Both the position numbers and the translations under genes were made by a program. Below, piece after piece: positions 25,931 through 39,345 of a DNA stretch of 64,000 bases; position 1 is the stretch's first letter, and each line of letters begins with the position of its first letter. The notes under the pieces were generated by a model that was not told the origin of the DNA, searched no databases, and saw only the letters and a program-made list of their open reading frames with translations. The stretch spans positions 52,020,001 through 52,084,000 of the forward strand of contig NC_045696.1 in NCBI RefSeq assembly GCF_009834535.1, given 5' to 3'. The stretch is from Camelus ferus (lineage: Eukaryota).

Positions 25931-26419
25931 GACTGCCTGTACAGGACTCTATAATCTCCTTCATAAAAAAAACTCTTACTTTTCTACAGCAATTCAACAC
26001 TTCTTATGTGCATTCTCCCTTTTGGCTCTCAAACAAGGTTATGAAATAAGCAGGGTGGGTAATATAACTATTTACAGATAAAAATCAAGGTTCCAAGAAG
26101 TTAGGCTTGAAGTCATTGCACACCAGTGTTAAGACGACAACTTGGAACTTATTTCCAGCTGAGTCTTCTTTCCATAACACTGCTCGGATCTCAAATATCA
26201 GCTGCTTACAGCTTCTTCCTTAGTGTTAGCCTGAGCAATAGCCTAGTTGTCATCTCTAAATGTGTTAAGCTTAGTGTACATATCATATCAAAACACTCTC
26301 CATCTAGAACTGCTCTGAGGACAGAAGGGCTAACCTGAGACTAAACTATGAAGTGGGAGAACTGTTTCTTAGAGCTTCCTAACTTTTCCATCTCTATCTT
26401 CTCCTCTTCTTGAAAAACA

Positions 26420-26680
26420 TTTGTTCATTCACTCAGTATTAAGCTAGATACTTTGCAAATACAGGAGTTACCCAGTCACACCCAGTCTCGACCTGCACAG
26501 AACATACACAATAGTAGGATGGCAGACATAACAACTAATGTACTAAAAGTTAGGAAAGAGAGAAGTGAGGAGCTGGAGGAGCATACAACATGCAGACCTA
26601 ACGTACCCTCAAGAGATTGGGGAACACTTCTTGGAATCAGTAACATTTAAACTGAGACTTACAGGATGGTTGACGTCAAC
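26420..26680 (-). mobile_element. L2 fragment
   Basis: TTGTTCATTCACTCAG start and TTTAAACTGAGACTTACAGGATG motif. Confidence 0.45.
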
Positions 26681-27317
26681 CATCTTCACTACTATTGCAA
26701 AGAGAAAAAAGTGAGCTAATCAATTAATTTAAAAAATGATACTTAAAGATTATAGGTTAACATGCTATGTTTTATAGTTTTCAAAAAGGAAGTCCCAGAG
26801 TTCACAGTGCTTGATCCAAAAGAATGAATCTCCTTAAACAGTGGAATTCCTGAAATTGTACCATTCAGGTAAGAGAGAACATTACTCACACACACCTCAC
26901 CTCATACCAAGTAATCAGACATTTAATCTGTCTCCTCCTGAGTCCAGATTTGAAGGCAAGGAAAGAATTTAAATACACATTTATTTGGTCCTCATCACTC
27001 TGAGCTATATTATTCCCATTTTACAGAAGAGAACATCATTTGAAATAGCTGGTAATCTGCCCAAGGTTACAAGCTAGTGTATGGGGTACCCAGAACTTGA
27101 AACTAGTTGATTGGCCTTAAAGCTTCTATTTGCCCTACCCTACACCATGCTTTTGCCAAATAAGTGCTACGTGTTAAAGGAAAACTGTACGACAGGGGTT
27201 CTTTCAGCAAACAACAGGGATTCCTAAAAAGTATTTCTAACCATACCTGCCTGACTATCCTATTTATATTTGTTATCCACCTACTCCCCATACATAATTC
27301 TCCATCTCTTTTGCTCT

Positions 27318-28310
27318 ATTTTTAAAACCAGCTTTGCTGAAGTATAAATGATAAACAATAAACTGCACAAATTTAAAATAGATAATTTGTTGTTTTGACA
27401 CATTAACCAGTGAAATCACCACCACAATAAAGATAATAAAATTATTTATCACCCCCAAAAGTTTCTTTATGCAACCACTGATCTACCTTCTGTTACTATA
27501 CATTAGCTCACAATTTCCAGAATTTTATGTAAGTGGAATCTTACAGTATGCACTTACTTTGCCTGTCTTCTTTGACTCTGTATAATAATTTTGAGATCCA
27601 TCCATGTTATAGCATGTATCAATAAATCCCTACTTTTTAGTGTTGAGTAGTATTCCTTTGTGTCGATATACTCAATTTGTGTATCCATTCACCTCTTGAT
27701 GGACATTTAGGCTGTTTATAATTTTTAGCTTATACAAATAAAGCTGCTGTGAACATCTGTGTACAAGTCTTTACAAAAACATATGCTTTCCTTCCTTTTG
27801 TGTAAATACATAGGAGTGGAATGACTGGATCACATTGGTGTATGTTTAACTTCAAAAACTGTCAGAATGCTTTCCAAAGTGGCTGTACCATTTTATTTTT
27901 CTACCAGTAATGCATAAAGGTTCTGGTTTCTCCATATCTTTGCCAATATTTGATATGGTCAGTCTTTTAAATTTCAGCCATTATAATAGGTATGGAATAG
28001 TTTCTCATTGTGGTTTTAATTTGCATTTTCCTAATGACTGATGATACTGAGCATCTTTTCATGTGCTAAGTTGCCATCCTTTTATCTTCTGAGGGAAGTG
28101 TGCTCAACTCTTTTTCCAATTAAAAAAATGGGTTATTTATTATTGAGTTTTGATATTTATATTTTCTGGACACAAGTCCATCATCAGATATATTCTTTGC
28201 TAACATTTTGTTACAGTCTGTGGCTTCTCTTTTCACCCTCTTAGTAATGTTTTCAAAGATCAGAAGTTTTTAATTTTTGATAAAGTCCAATTTATTCTTT
28301 TATAAATCAT
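27318..28310 (-). mobile_element. L1MB/L1MC-like 3' end
   Basis: CAGCTTTGCTGAAGTATAAATGA...ATCACCACCACAATAAAGATA...TTGATGGACATTTAGG...TTTCCAAAGTGGCTGTACCATTTT...TTTAATTTGCATTTTCCTAATGACT. Confidence 0.88.
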
Positions 28311-28359
28311 GTGTAAATGGACCATGCACTTATCATTTCCTAACCTACTTCATGATTTA

Positions 28360-28445
28360 GTTATCTTTTTCACTGATGGATCCCAAGTGTCTAGAATTGT
28401 ACCTAATACACAGTAGGTATTCAGTGAACATTTGATGAATTAAAA
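28360..28445 (+). mobile_element. L2 3' terminus
   Basis: TCACTGATGGATCCCAAGTGTCTAGAA...CACAGTAGGTATTCAGTGAACATTTGATGAAT. Confidence 0.7.
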
Positions 28446-29336
28446 TTTCCAAGAAGTGAAATGAAAATTGTGGAAACAGTCTGTAGACAACATCGAAAAT
28501 AGTCTTAAGTGCAAAGGCATGTTCAGTTTTTGATAATCTGAGCTAACATAAAAGTTTATTTATGTAAGTTCCCAAATGTATTAAATTCTCTTAAAGAACC
28601 TAGTACTCTTTACCTGAGGGCAATTCAATCTCCCTCAAAATATGAATTTGAAATTCTGTAGAACTTCAATTTAAAGCAATAAATCCTCAACCAATCTCCA
28701 CCCCCCCAACATTCCCAATAACTTGAATGCTATTTGAATTTTTGTAAATAAATCAAAGCTGCTGAATTCTCAAAAACTCTAATTGTGCCAATTATAAATA
28801 AGCCTCAGGATGGGTTTCAACCAGCAGAGTCCCCAAAGCCATTATCTGCAACTCTAATCCATTATTTTTTCTTTCATAATTTATTTTTCTAAGTAGGTCA
28901 GTACTATTCATTTTATTTAAGTGCTGTTCCAGCAATCCCATTTTCTCAACAACCAAAGTCAACTATCACTATAGACATATTTTCTATTAAATACACCAAA
29001 AACATTCTTATATTATGCAAAACACTGAATGAGGCAGTGAAAGTTTTTTCTAATAAGTAATAAGATAATGTACCATATTGGTCCTCATTTGCACATCTTG
29101 ACCATCTGAAGCCTTGTAGAATCTTATAAGCACCTTGAGGATTTCTAGATATGTGAGTGCTTAAAGAGGTATTTCTCCCAATAAAAAAAGCTTATTTTCT
29201 CATAATTTTAGCATCTAAATCACTAGGAACAATTACCAGAGATGTAGATAAGTTAATAGATAGATAAACATCTATCTATTATAGAATACATATTATATGT
29301 TGTATGCGTAACTATATATACACCTACATTGAGAGC

Positions 29337-29356
29337 GTGTGTGTGTGTGTGTGTGT
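29337..29356 (+). repeat. (GT)10 microsatellite
   Basis: Perfect dinucleotide run. Confidence 0.95.
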
Positions 29357-32300
29357 ATGAAATCAAAACTCAACTCACTGTAACACAGAAGATAAAATGG
29401 TTAAGCAGCCAGCAGAATTCACCACCATTGATGTGCTTTACTTCACGTCTTCACTCAGAACTTATAATTCTCCTTCTAGAAACAATTCTAAAAACTTTGG
29501 GATCTGCTTTCCCATCCTCTGCAGATTAAATGTTGATATAGATAACTCAAGATTGTAGGTGAGCTCGTGGTTGACACAGGCTGCAAGCAGCCTGCCATGG
29601 AGTGAACGAGAGCTCTGATAGAGCTCATCTAAGCAGTGCCCTGGTGGGGGCACCAAGGCCTGCGGGTTAGGAGGAAGCCTAGTGGAATTGGGGAAGAGTT
29701 CTTGGAGGAAGAGTCTAATTCCTTTGGATGTTCTCAAAGGATGGAATCTTTGAAACTGAGTGATAAGGTGGCATGGGTCCAGTAAGAGACTATGGCAAAT
29801 AGAAATTCATTATTCTGTTATATAATGCAAGTTGCTTTTTAAATGTTTGTTTCCCTATGAATTTTACCACCAGGTATTTGTGAATCATTTTGAATGAATT
29901 AATACTGCCTGATTTTTCAAAGCACACTTGACACCATAAATCAGCTAAATCTTTCTTAAAAGATAGTGAAAATATAGGGCTTTAAAAAAAAACACCACCA
30001 CAAGTGTATCCATTACAAACCAGCAAGGTATGGATTTAGGGAAAATTAAGCTGAATATGGGATTACTATCCTAACTTTCTGCAATACTCTCTGAGCTGTC
30101 ACCAGAGTTCTTAGTTCAAATATGTACTCTTGATCTAAAAATATGCTAGTCCAAGAAGCTGAATGATTACCCCACTGCTGAAAGCATATTTAGTGATCTG
30201 AGATAGGAGAAATTTCATTTCAGTCAAGCAAATGGCTTTAGTTTTCCAACCAAAGGAAAGCTTCATCACGGGGAGCCATCATTATAACGGAATGTGACTG
30301 AATTTTTCAAACATGCATTTTAACGTAGATTTCCAATAAGGGCTATTTTTCATTGTAGTCATCCTGGTAGAAACCTACTTCAGGGATACTGTCATTACTT
30401 GAAAGTTGGGGCACTGCCTTTGGAATTACTGACGAAAAAATATCTTTTCGCTTCAGGGTTACCCTTCCCCTAACACCACATGCCCCTGATTATCCTACTT
30501 TGAACGTGCCTTACTTACAACTAATCAACAAAAAGCCTCCTCCTGGGATTGGTATCATGTCCTGCTTCTCCTGGGCTTTGCAGAGGGTTGGGGGTTGGAG
30601 AGGGTTTATGGGAATTAAGAAAGTCTATTTTTGACCATAGCATCTGTGTGGCATACCAAACTCCTTTGGCCAAAAAAGCAATATAAAATTGAGGTTACCG
30701 AAGGCTCTATTCCTAGGACTAGTGAATGAGAAAAACTCTCCGTGACAAAACAGAGGATTTTAGGCGTCATTTTTCTTCTGAGGTTTGAGTATGTGCATGT
30801 TTCCAGCTTGGCTCTCAACTGAACTGCTCTTCTAGTCTCTGCTGCCTGGAATCTGAGAGAAAACTCTGACCTTTCCAAGACAGTTGTCACAGAGTAACAG
30901 TAAATAAGGTATAATGAGATAAGTGTAAGCGCCTAGTCTAGGGTTCTGTGTACCCTGTGGGTCTTCAGTAAGAATCTGTTGATTGACTGAAGGTCTGATT
31001 CACTATTAATGTGAATAAACCACATACATGTTGGTATTGAAAGAAAACAATCCACACAAATACTTTCTAACTTCCCGGAAGTAAAGTAGCAAATTGGAAG
31101 GATCACTCACACCCTCCCTCATCCCCATGCCACCAACTCCCAATTCAAAGGAAGAAAAGGATATGAAGGGAAAATGAACATAAGAAAAACAGTTAGCCAC
31201 TGCACTCTGCAGAACCAACGTTATCTAGGATGACAGCATAGCCATTGTTCGTGCTGCCAGAGCTCTGAATGTTTGCGAGCTCACCAGAGATCCTGGGAGA
31301 ATAATGAACTAAGCAGATTAGATGTAGACTGATGCCTCTGTGCCACCACCACCTCACACAACAAGCACACTGTTCTGAGTGTCTGAACACATGCAGGCAG
31401 GTAAACCCAGAGAATGGGCACTCCGTGTTGGCGGGAGGGGAAAAGACTGCCAACAAACAGGGCCTGTTTATTATTTAACAGTTGGTACTGCTAGAGGCCT
31501 GGCACTGCTATAGAGCACTCTCTGTTTCAGTGCAAGTCAGCCTGATTATGAAAGCGTGTGAGCCAAATCATGTTTACCATAGTCTGTGAGAACCTCAGTG
31601 CCCCCAACAGACATGGAAATTCTTACAATAGCTCTCGTCCAAACAGAGAACATCATTCCTGAGATGGAGGTAAAAGCCTTTGTCTGCTAAAATCTTGTCT
31701 GATCATCTGCTCAGTGTCTCAGCGTGTACTTGCTTTTCCCTTGCTCAAGGCCAGTCATTCCTCTTTAATGATAAGAGTTTCTATTCCTCTGCTTTTGGTT
31801 ACTTGACTTTGGGACCTAAATCAACCAAATAATGTGTGAATCACCCATCTACTAATATTGCTCATGCTGTCCTGCACGCTTTGGCTTTCCAGCAAAAGAA
31901 TCTGCTGCCCAGGACAGCTACCTCCTGCTTGGCCAGGACTGCCTCTGCAGTAAGTATCTTCTCTGCCAATGTGGGCCACAGGTGGATGCCTTCCTACAAA
32001 TCCAATCAGCAGGATAATGCGTGACTATCACAAGAGTGGACCTTAATGACAAAGAGCCCTGCTTAGATAGTCACCCCATTAACTTTGATTTGATTATTCT
32101 GCCCCAACAGAACACTTGGCTTCACAACCACAGATGGCACCAGCCCAACATAAAACCTGTAGGGAAAGTAGTCATGCTGGTTTCAGAGATTTTCAAAATA
32201 TTTAATTTGATATAAAATGTAAAAGCAGTAAATATCCTGACAGTTCCTGACTCCCTAGGAAAACGCTAACTGTTTTTAAAAAATAAAAAAAGGTCAGAGC

Positions 32301-33214
32301 ACATGAGACAATCGTGATAACTAGGCAACACAGATCATCTAATCATTTCCTTTGAAATTCAACATAAATCAACTATTCTTTTAAGTGTAAGATCTTGGCT
32401 TTTATCTTTGACATACATCAAGGCAGCTTTTGATACTTTATGTGACTTTTTATTCTATACAACTGTTTATAAACTTGAGATAAAATTGGCTCCATATAAA
32501 CTATTTCAATAGTTTGAAACTCATTTGTACCTTGTATACATCTATGATCATGAATAAATCACCAAAATGCTTTCAACCAATGAGGATAAAGGCATAGCAA
32601 ACTACATTGTCTTATTTGAAACTACATATATTAATTTTTGTTTTGCTTTATAATTGAAAGTTGATATTTATATGCTAAAATATCAAAATCCTATTTGCTT
32701 TTCCTTGATAATCTCTCAACTTTAAATACCACTCAAGGAAAACAATATATGCTAAGTATTGTTAAATAAAGTCACAATTTTATATTTTTCATTTTATTAT
32801 GGTTTTCAAAAAAACTACCTGTCCTTAGATCATAGATTATGTACCCATACATAATAAATAAATCTTTACAAAAACGGAGAAGGTATGAAAAAATAATTCC
32901 CTGTTTAGGATGAAATTGATTCCTAATTTAATTTAATCACTTCCTTTACTGATCAGAGACACTTCATAAATAGCCTCAAATTAAGGAAGTTAATTCTAAA
33001 ATCAAGAGGCTTCTCCCAAAGCACTCTGCATATAACAATACTCATAACTACTAGTTATAGCAGAGCAATGGGTCCAATCATAGGTTCACAAAGGGAAAGA
33101 TGCTATTTCAGCCACAACAAAAATACGAACAGGGCTTTTTCACAATGAGTAGATTAAAGACAAGTGATGTGATCTTATCTTTGTACTAAGATACTTCACA
33201 GCTAGTAAGAGACA

Positions 33215-33390
33215 TTAGTAACAGTTCACACTTGTTGAGAGCTTACTATATGCTAGACACTCTTTTAAGAGCTTTATATGGATGTACTCATTTAATCCTT
33301 ATAACAACCCAAAAAAGTGTGTACTATTATTTTCCTTATTCTACAGATGAGAAAACAGGCACATAGATGTTAAGTAACTTGCCTGAAGCA
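33215..33390 (-). mobile_element. MIR SINE
   Basis: TTGAGAGCTTACTATATGCTAGACAC...CTCATTTAATCCTTATAACAACCC...TACAGATGAGAAAAC...GTTAAGTAACTTGCC. Confidence 0.85.
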
Positions 33391-34263
33391 GAGTCTAATA
33401 GTAGTCATGTATTGGGCTTTTCTTAGTGATGATCATTCCATTTGAGGTGTGTGTTTAAAGCTATGTTATCCCAGAATCTATAAAATGTTAAAACTGAAGC
33501 AATTTAAAATTATCCAGAGAATGGTTCTAGAATTCTGGGTTGAGAAAGAGGTTTGGGAAGACTGTGAAGCCTTGAAATGTTGGGCGTAGATATATTTTTC
33601 TGGGAAAAGTATATGAACCATGAATCTAGTTTAAATCTTAATTGAGAGATTAAAAAAACAAAGCCATGGAGCAATGCATGTAAATGTTTTATATTGTAAG
33701 AAAATAGTAGAAGAACTAAGCCTAGAAACCAGAGGTCCTTTCATTATCCTCTCAGCTCTAACTCCTTCAGGAGGCAGGCAGAAGAAACCTGAATCAAGGA
33801 CACAGAGACAATCTTTACTTCTGCCCAGCTTCTCATAACTTAGTCAAGAAAAGCAATGAAACAAGATGTCTATTGATACAAAAAGAACAGAAACTCTAGT
33901 GGAGTCTATTCTTGGCTATTTGATGCTAATGGAAAAAACCCTGGGGACACCTTTAAGTGATAAGAAAAAAAATAGTCTCTAAATTTCTTTTTATTTCTCT
34001 TGAAACTCTTAATGATAATGTATATTTACCTAGAAATCAACTACTGTGTCCAAATTTTTCAGATTTCTATATAAATTATTCATAATCATTATTTTAATTT
34101 CCTCTATTCTTATGATTACTTCTCTTTCTGTATTTCTAATTTTGTGCACTTGTGGGCTTTCTTATTTAGTAATTAAATCATGTGATGTTGATTTATTTAT
34201 TGTTTTGTCATTCTTTTTGTAAAACACAACTCTGATGTGTTAGTGTCTCTATTTTTGTTTTCT

Positions 34264-34578
34264 TTTTTTTTTTTAACATTTTTTATTGATTTATAATCAT
34301 TTTACAATGTTGGGTCAAATTCCAGTGTTCAGCACAATTTTTCAGTCATTCACCTACATATACACACTCATTGTCACATTTTTTTCTCTGTGAGTTATCA
34401 TAACATTTTGTGTATATTTCCCTGTGCTATACAGTGTAGTCTATTCTACAATTTTGAAATCCCAGTCTATCCCTTCCCACCCTCCACCCCCCTGGTAACC
34501 ACAAGTCTGTATTCTCTGTCTGTGAGTCTATTTCTGTCCTTTATTTACGCTTTGTTTTTGTTTGTTTGTTTGTTTTTG
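34264..34578 (-). mobile_element. Young 5'-truncated L1 3' end (camelid-type) with perfect 16-bp TSD
   Basis: Poly(T) then AACATTTTTTATTGATTTATAATCATTTTACAATG...CCCTGTGCTATACAGTG...GGTAACCACAAGTCTGTATTCTCTGTCTGTGAGTC. TCTATTTTTGTTTTCT occurs at both 34248-34263 and 34579-34594. Confidence 0.92.
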
Positions 34579-35194
34579 TCTATTTTTGTTTTCTAATTCA
34601 CTAATTTATGATTTTGTTTTTATCAATTTTCTTTATGCTTTGCAGATTCTTTTCTTTTAACCGACTTCTTGAAATGAATGCTAGTATGTCTATAATTATT
34701 CTTCCCAAAATGTTAATATTTAAAGCTATAGATTTTCCTCTGAACACTGCTCTATCTATACCTATATATGCTTATTTTCTGTACATTTTGTAATCTCTCT
34801 TTAATTCAAAAATGGATTTTAACAGCTTAAATTTTACCAAGAGATAATGGTTTTAATTTTTTTCCTTTTAAATTTTAATCTCTAACTCATTACATTGTGA
34901 TAGTATATAGCTTGAATTACCTTAAATGTTCTTTGGGCATCATATTCTTTTCTTCTTTGATCTATTAACATGGCTAATTGTATTAGCAGACTTCTTAATG
35001 ATAAACTATATTTTTAATAGATGACTTTGTCTTTATACTTATTGCTGTAAAATATATGCTTGATCTTAATTCTGCCATCTTATCATATATTATTTTAAAA
35101 ATCACTTCCTTTCTTTTCTAATGACTTATTTCATTACTGTGTTTTCCTCCTAATAGTTTGGAAGTTTTATCTTAGTTTGTTAACTCTTCTACTG

Positions 35195-35357
35195 CAGTAT
35201 TTCTCAGACTTAGGGGATTTATTACAAATAGAGATCCCAAGTCTTATCCTTCTCCACCTAGAGATTCAGTAGGTCTGGATTGAGATACTGGGTATTTTTT
35301 AAAGGCTTTTATAATACTCATTCTGATGGTCTGATGACTCTACCTTGAGTATACTAT
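35195..35357. mobile_element. MER5-like hAT-Charlie non-autonomous DNA transposon
   Basis: Begins CAGTATTTCTCA, has internal GATTCAGTAGGTCTGG, and ends TTGAGTATACTA (degenerate TIRs). Confidence 0.55.
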
Positions 35358-36254
35358 TCTAAAGGCTAACTTTATACATTTTAATAATGGAGTTAAAGTC
35401 CTATTTTTTTTTTGACTTGATGACTTTATAATACAACTTTGGATTATCTAAAAAACTATTTTAAAAATTATGAAGATACACCCCTACACTTCCACTCTCT
35501 CTCTTCACAACTGGACTTTAGCTAAATTGTTACTTTTAATTCTTTTTGTGATTATTTTTATAGTTTTGAATAACGTATCTACATCTCTGTTACTTAGTCA
35601 TTGTCAGACAATATTGATCCCTCATTCTCAGCTATGAAACACAGGTGAATTAATCCACACTTGCCTCCTATTACCTCCTCTTTACCTTTCAAATCTCTCA
35701 GGTTCTGTCATGTTGTTATTTTTATATTATCAAGGTTTATGCCATTTACATTCTATTCTGTAACATCATCCCTGCCACACTCCCATTGTTCAGTCATAGG
35801 TCTACTTTTAAGTTGATCTGAGATTTACTAATGTTTATTTATCATGGCTTCTCTCAGTCTTTTCGTAGTCTAAACTCATCATTAAACATTTTGCTTTGTT
35901 TTGTATATAGTTCATGGTGTTACAGTCTCTGAGTACTTGCATTTTAGAATTTTTAGGCAAACTCAATCTCTTCCTTGTTAATATTTTTTCCTATATGCTT
36001 TCCAGGTATCTTTATTCAACCATGAAGCTCCGTAATTTAATCAAGCTAGATCTCAGTGCTTATTGCACAGCACCATGATTTTCCTAGGATATAGTGTGTC
36101 CTTTTCAATATAAAGATTCAGGACTACCTTCATTTCGGAAAAATTTTATCATATTACACATTGATATTGTTTCCCATTTCCTCTGTTCTTTTTTTCTTCA
36201 CAAATATCAGTTGTTCCTGTATTTCCTTTACCTTCCAAAGGTATAACATAAAAT

Positions 36255-36990
36255 TTTATTTATTCAATTTTAACAGATAACACATTTACATGATTCCAAA
36301 ATACAAATGTATGAAACGACATATGGTAAAAAGTCTATCTTTCATCCTGTTTTCCAGCCACCCAGTTCTTACACCGTCCTCTGACAGGTAGCACTGCTAT
36401 TAGTTTGTTTGCTTTGTAAGAAACAGACATGCCAGTGAAAAATACATATTATGTTCATGTGTATATTTTTATATTATACAACTGCTCCACATCTTGCATT
36501 TTTCACTTAAAAAATATATATATAGAATGGATATATAATGGTTCATTAACCTAATTCCCTATTGACAAGCATTTAGATTATTTCCAATATTTCCAATAAC
36601 TAACGCTGTAGTGAATAATCTTGTGTACACATTATTTTACTCATATGGAATAAGTTCTTGAAACCAGAATTAAAGGTTCAAGGAGTATATGTACTTGTTA
36701 TTTTGGTAGATATTATAAAATTTATCTCCATTTGAAGTTGTTTATTTTTGGCATTTTGATAGATGAAAATGCATATTGGTGTTTTTCTAATTTGCATTTC
36801 TCTTATCATGAATATTGTAATCTTTATTTATCTTATTATGTATGAGTTGAATATATATTGGTAAGTTTCAGAGTCATTTCATTGTTTTTTGCCAGTTTTC
36901 CTATTGAGTTGTTGGTCTTTTTTCTTATCAATTTGCAGGAGCTCTGATTTATTAGGGAGATAATATTTTTAGTTGAGTTATGAGTTGCCA
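36255..36990 (-). mobile_element. L1MC/L1ME-like 3' end nested in the older L1
   Basis: CCAGCCACCCAGTTC...GTAGCACTGCTATTAGTTT...CCCTATTGACAAGCATTTAGATTATTTCCAAT...TAATTTGCATTTCTCT. Confidence 0.7.
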
Positions 36991-38629
36991 ATCATAATTA
37001 TCACCTTTTCACATTATTTTTAAACTATTTTTAAGTTTTTTATTTAAAACCTTTTTTTCTCACTCACAATATTCTGGTAGTGTTGTTACAAGTTCTTTCC
37101 TTCTGCTACTTTCTGTATCTAATGTGGCTTTTAGTCCTTTAATAGTTTTACTTTTCTCTGCCATTTCTTTCATGTTCTCTCACAGGTCATTTTATTTCCC
37201 TCTTTTTGTTATCTCTCTGATCTTATATACCTAATCTTTGATCTATTTTTTTAAAAGGTTACAATTTCTTCCATTTGTTTTTTCCTACTATGGAAAGTAT
37301 GTATTATTTTCTAGTATAACTCTTTTTCTGGTATATATCTTGATCTATTTTTCTTTATGTTACTTTTGCTTAAATTAGCACAGGTCCAATGCTTGTTCCT
37401 GATTATGTCCCATTTTTCAATCAGCTAATTTTATCAGCTGTTTGCTGAACAGAATTGGCTACAGCGAGAATTGGGGCAGTATGGAGTTACGTTTTGGTGC
37501 CATATTTGCTGGCACATTATACTCTTTTCTCTCGAACTTCACTCTGCACACTGCTCAAGGAATACATCTCTGCTCAGTAACTTCCTCATCTGGGTTAATG
37601 AGAGCCCTAAAGGATTTGTATGAAGTCCTGTACATTAAAGATTTTGCTGGTCATAATTTAATGTTTCTTTTTCTTCTCCAGAATGTGATCAACATGGTGA
37701 AAGCTGATGGGGCTTACTATTTCTACTTTGACATCCTCACATCCTGGTCTGGTACATGTGGCAGGCTAGTACCATTCTTTTCACATTCAGCTTCTCTGTT
37801 GATCTCTCTGTAGACTAGGACTCAGGACTGCATCTACAGATCACCAATAGCTTGGACATTCCTGTTCCATGTAAGTAATTGTAGCGTGTGTCCCTCAGCG
37901 TCATTCCATCTACTTTCAGAGGTTCTGGTTACTACATATGTTTAATATACTCTCAATGTCCTCCTTGACTTGGTCTAAATTTCATAGTATTTCATGGTTG
38001 GTGATTTGGGATTGTGCCTGTCTTCTAAAGGAAGAGGGGTTTTAAGTGTCTCATTTTTGTTTGCTTGTTTGTTCGTTTCTTTGATTGATTGCCTATTTGG
38101 TTTTTGCATAAAAAGGTATAAAGTAGTATTGCATTTAAGTTTTCATCTATGTCCTCTAATTGGTAAGAAGAGAACTTCATTTGTTAGCTCCTCTTCAACT
38201 CTTCCTTCAAGTAAGTGTTTGGTCATTCTTGTCCCAAAACTGGACTAATCCATTGTAAGGTGTCAACTAAGTATTTACATTAGTTGACCATAGTATGTCT
38301 CCCTTCATAAGCGTATTTGCATTTAAATAGGGGACTTTAAAACTTAGACTAAACCTGAGACTTCCAGATGAAGCTATGACACAAAGCTTTGGTTGTAGAA
38401 TGACAAGATTTATGGAAGATGTGGGAAAGAAGTAAAAACTATCTTATGTGGGTGACTGACAAAGTTATGTTTCAGTTGCTTTCATCTCTAGAATTTGCTA
38501 CTGCAATGACTCATTTTTTCTATAATAGGAGAAAATAAGCAAATTTTCTAGTTGACTGTTTAAACACTTTTCTTTTAAACATTAAGGTGTACATTTTAAT
38601 AATTATTTCCTATTTTCTAAAGAAATTAT

Positions 38630-38870
38630 ATAGTGAAAGTGCCCCAGGGTAAGAAGTTCTGGATTCTTAAGCTCTGTCTGCCATGTCTTACCATTAAATT
38701 TTTTCCAAATCATTTAACCTACTCAAGCTTCAGTTCTCCCATTTGTAAAATTGGAACAGGAATACTTCTTTTCTCATCATACAGGTTTTCTGGGAGTGGC
38801 AAATGAAATAATGTATATCAAAATGCTTTGTAAACTAATAAACAACCAGAAAAGTATAAGGGTCTTTATA
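38630..38870 (+). mobile_element. MIR SINE
   Basis: AAATCATTTAACCT...CTTCAGTTCTCCCATTTGTAAAATTGG...AAATGAAATAATGTAT...AATGCTTTGTAAAC. Confidence 0.75.
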
Positions 38871-39139
38871 ATAATAAAAGATGACCAAGATAAAAATAAG
38901 GTTTTATGATACTGTCAAAGGTAATTCAGATACACAGGGCATTTTATACTACGCAACATGATATACTTTTGTGATCCTTTTGTGTGCTTTTTCTAATTGT
39001 TCAGCTGAGCTCTGAACTGCCATTTTATTTACTGTTTTCAGTGAGTCTGCCTCTAGGAATAAAGTCTCTCCCTACTTCCTCTTCTATAGTACATTTATAT
39101 AGTTCTTATGTGTTTTTTATTGTCTTAAATCTGCTATGA

Positions 39140-39345
39140 AAGATAGTATACAGTAATGGAAAGAGAAGGAAGCTTTGAAGTCAGACAGACCTGGATTGAA
39201 TCCTTGCTCTCTGTCCTTGTGCACATCATTTAACATCCCTGAATCTATTTCCTCATTCATAAAATTAATTAAGTATTGTTATGAGAAAAATGTATATCAT
39301 ATCTACATAAGGTTTAGTACATAGTATTGGCTCAATAAATGAATT
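39140..39345 (+). mobile_element. MIR SINE
   Basis: GCTTTGAAGTCAGACAGACCTGGATTGAATCC head, TTTCCTCATTCATAAAAT core, CTCAATAAATG tail. Confidence 0.8.

Larger units (their letters stand above)
33990..37420 (-). mobile_element. Very old, fragmented L1 (L1M5/L1ME-like) hosting nested insertions
   Basis: Long T-rich tract with reverse L1 motifs (TTTAAAGCTATAGATTTTCCTCTGAACACTGCT; TTTGATCTATTAACATGG). Boundaries are uncertain. Confidence 0.55.

Noticed and set aside
38262..38288. Hairpin GTCAACTAA...TTAGTTGAC as a pre-miRNA or MITE
   Set aside because: Only ~9-12 bp of stem with no extension into the flanks. It is too short and compatible with chance.
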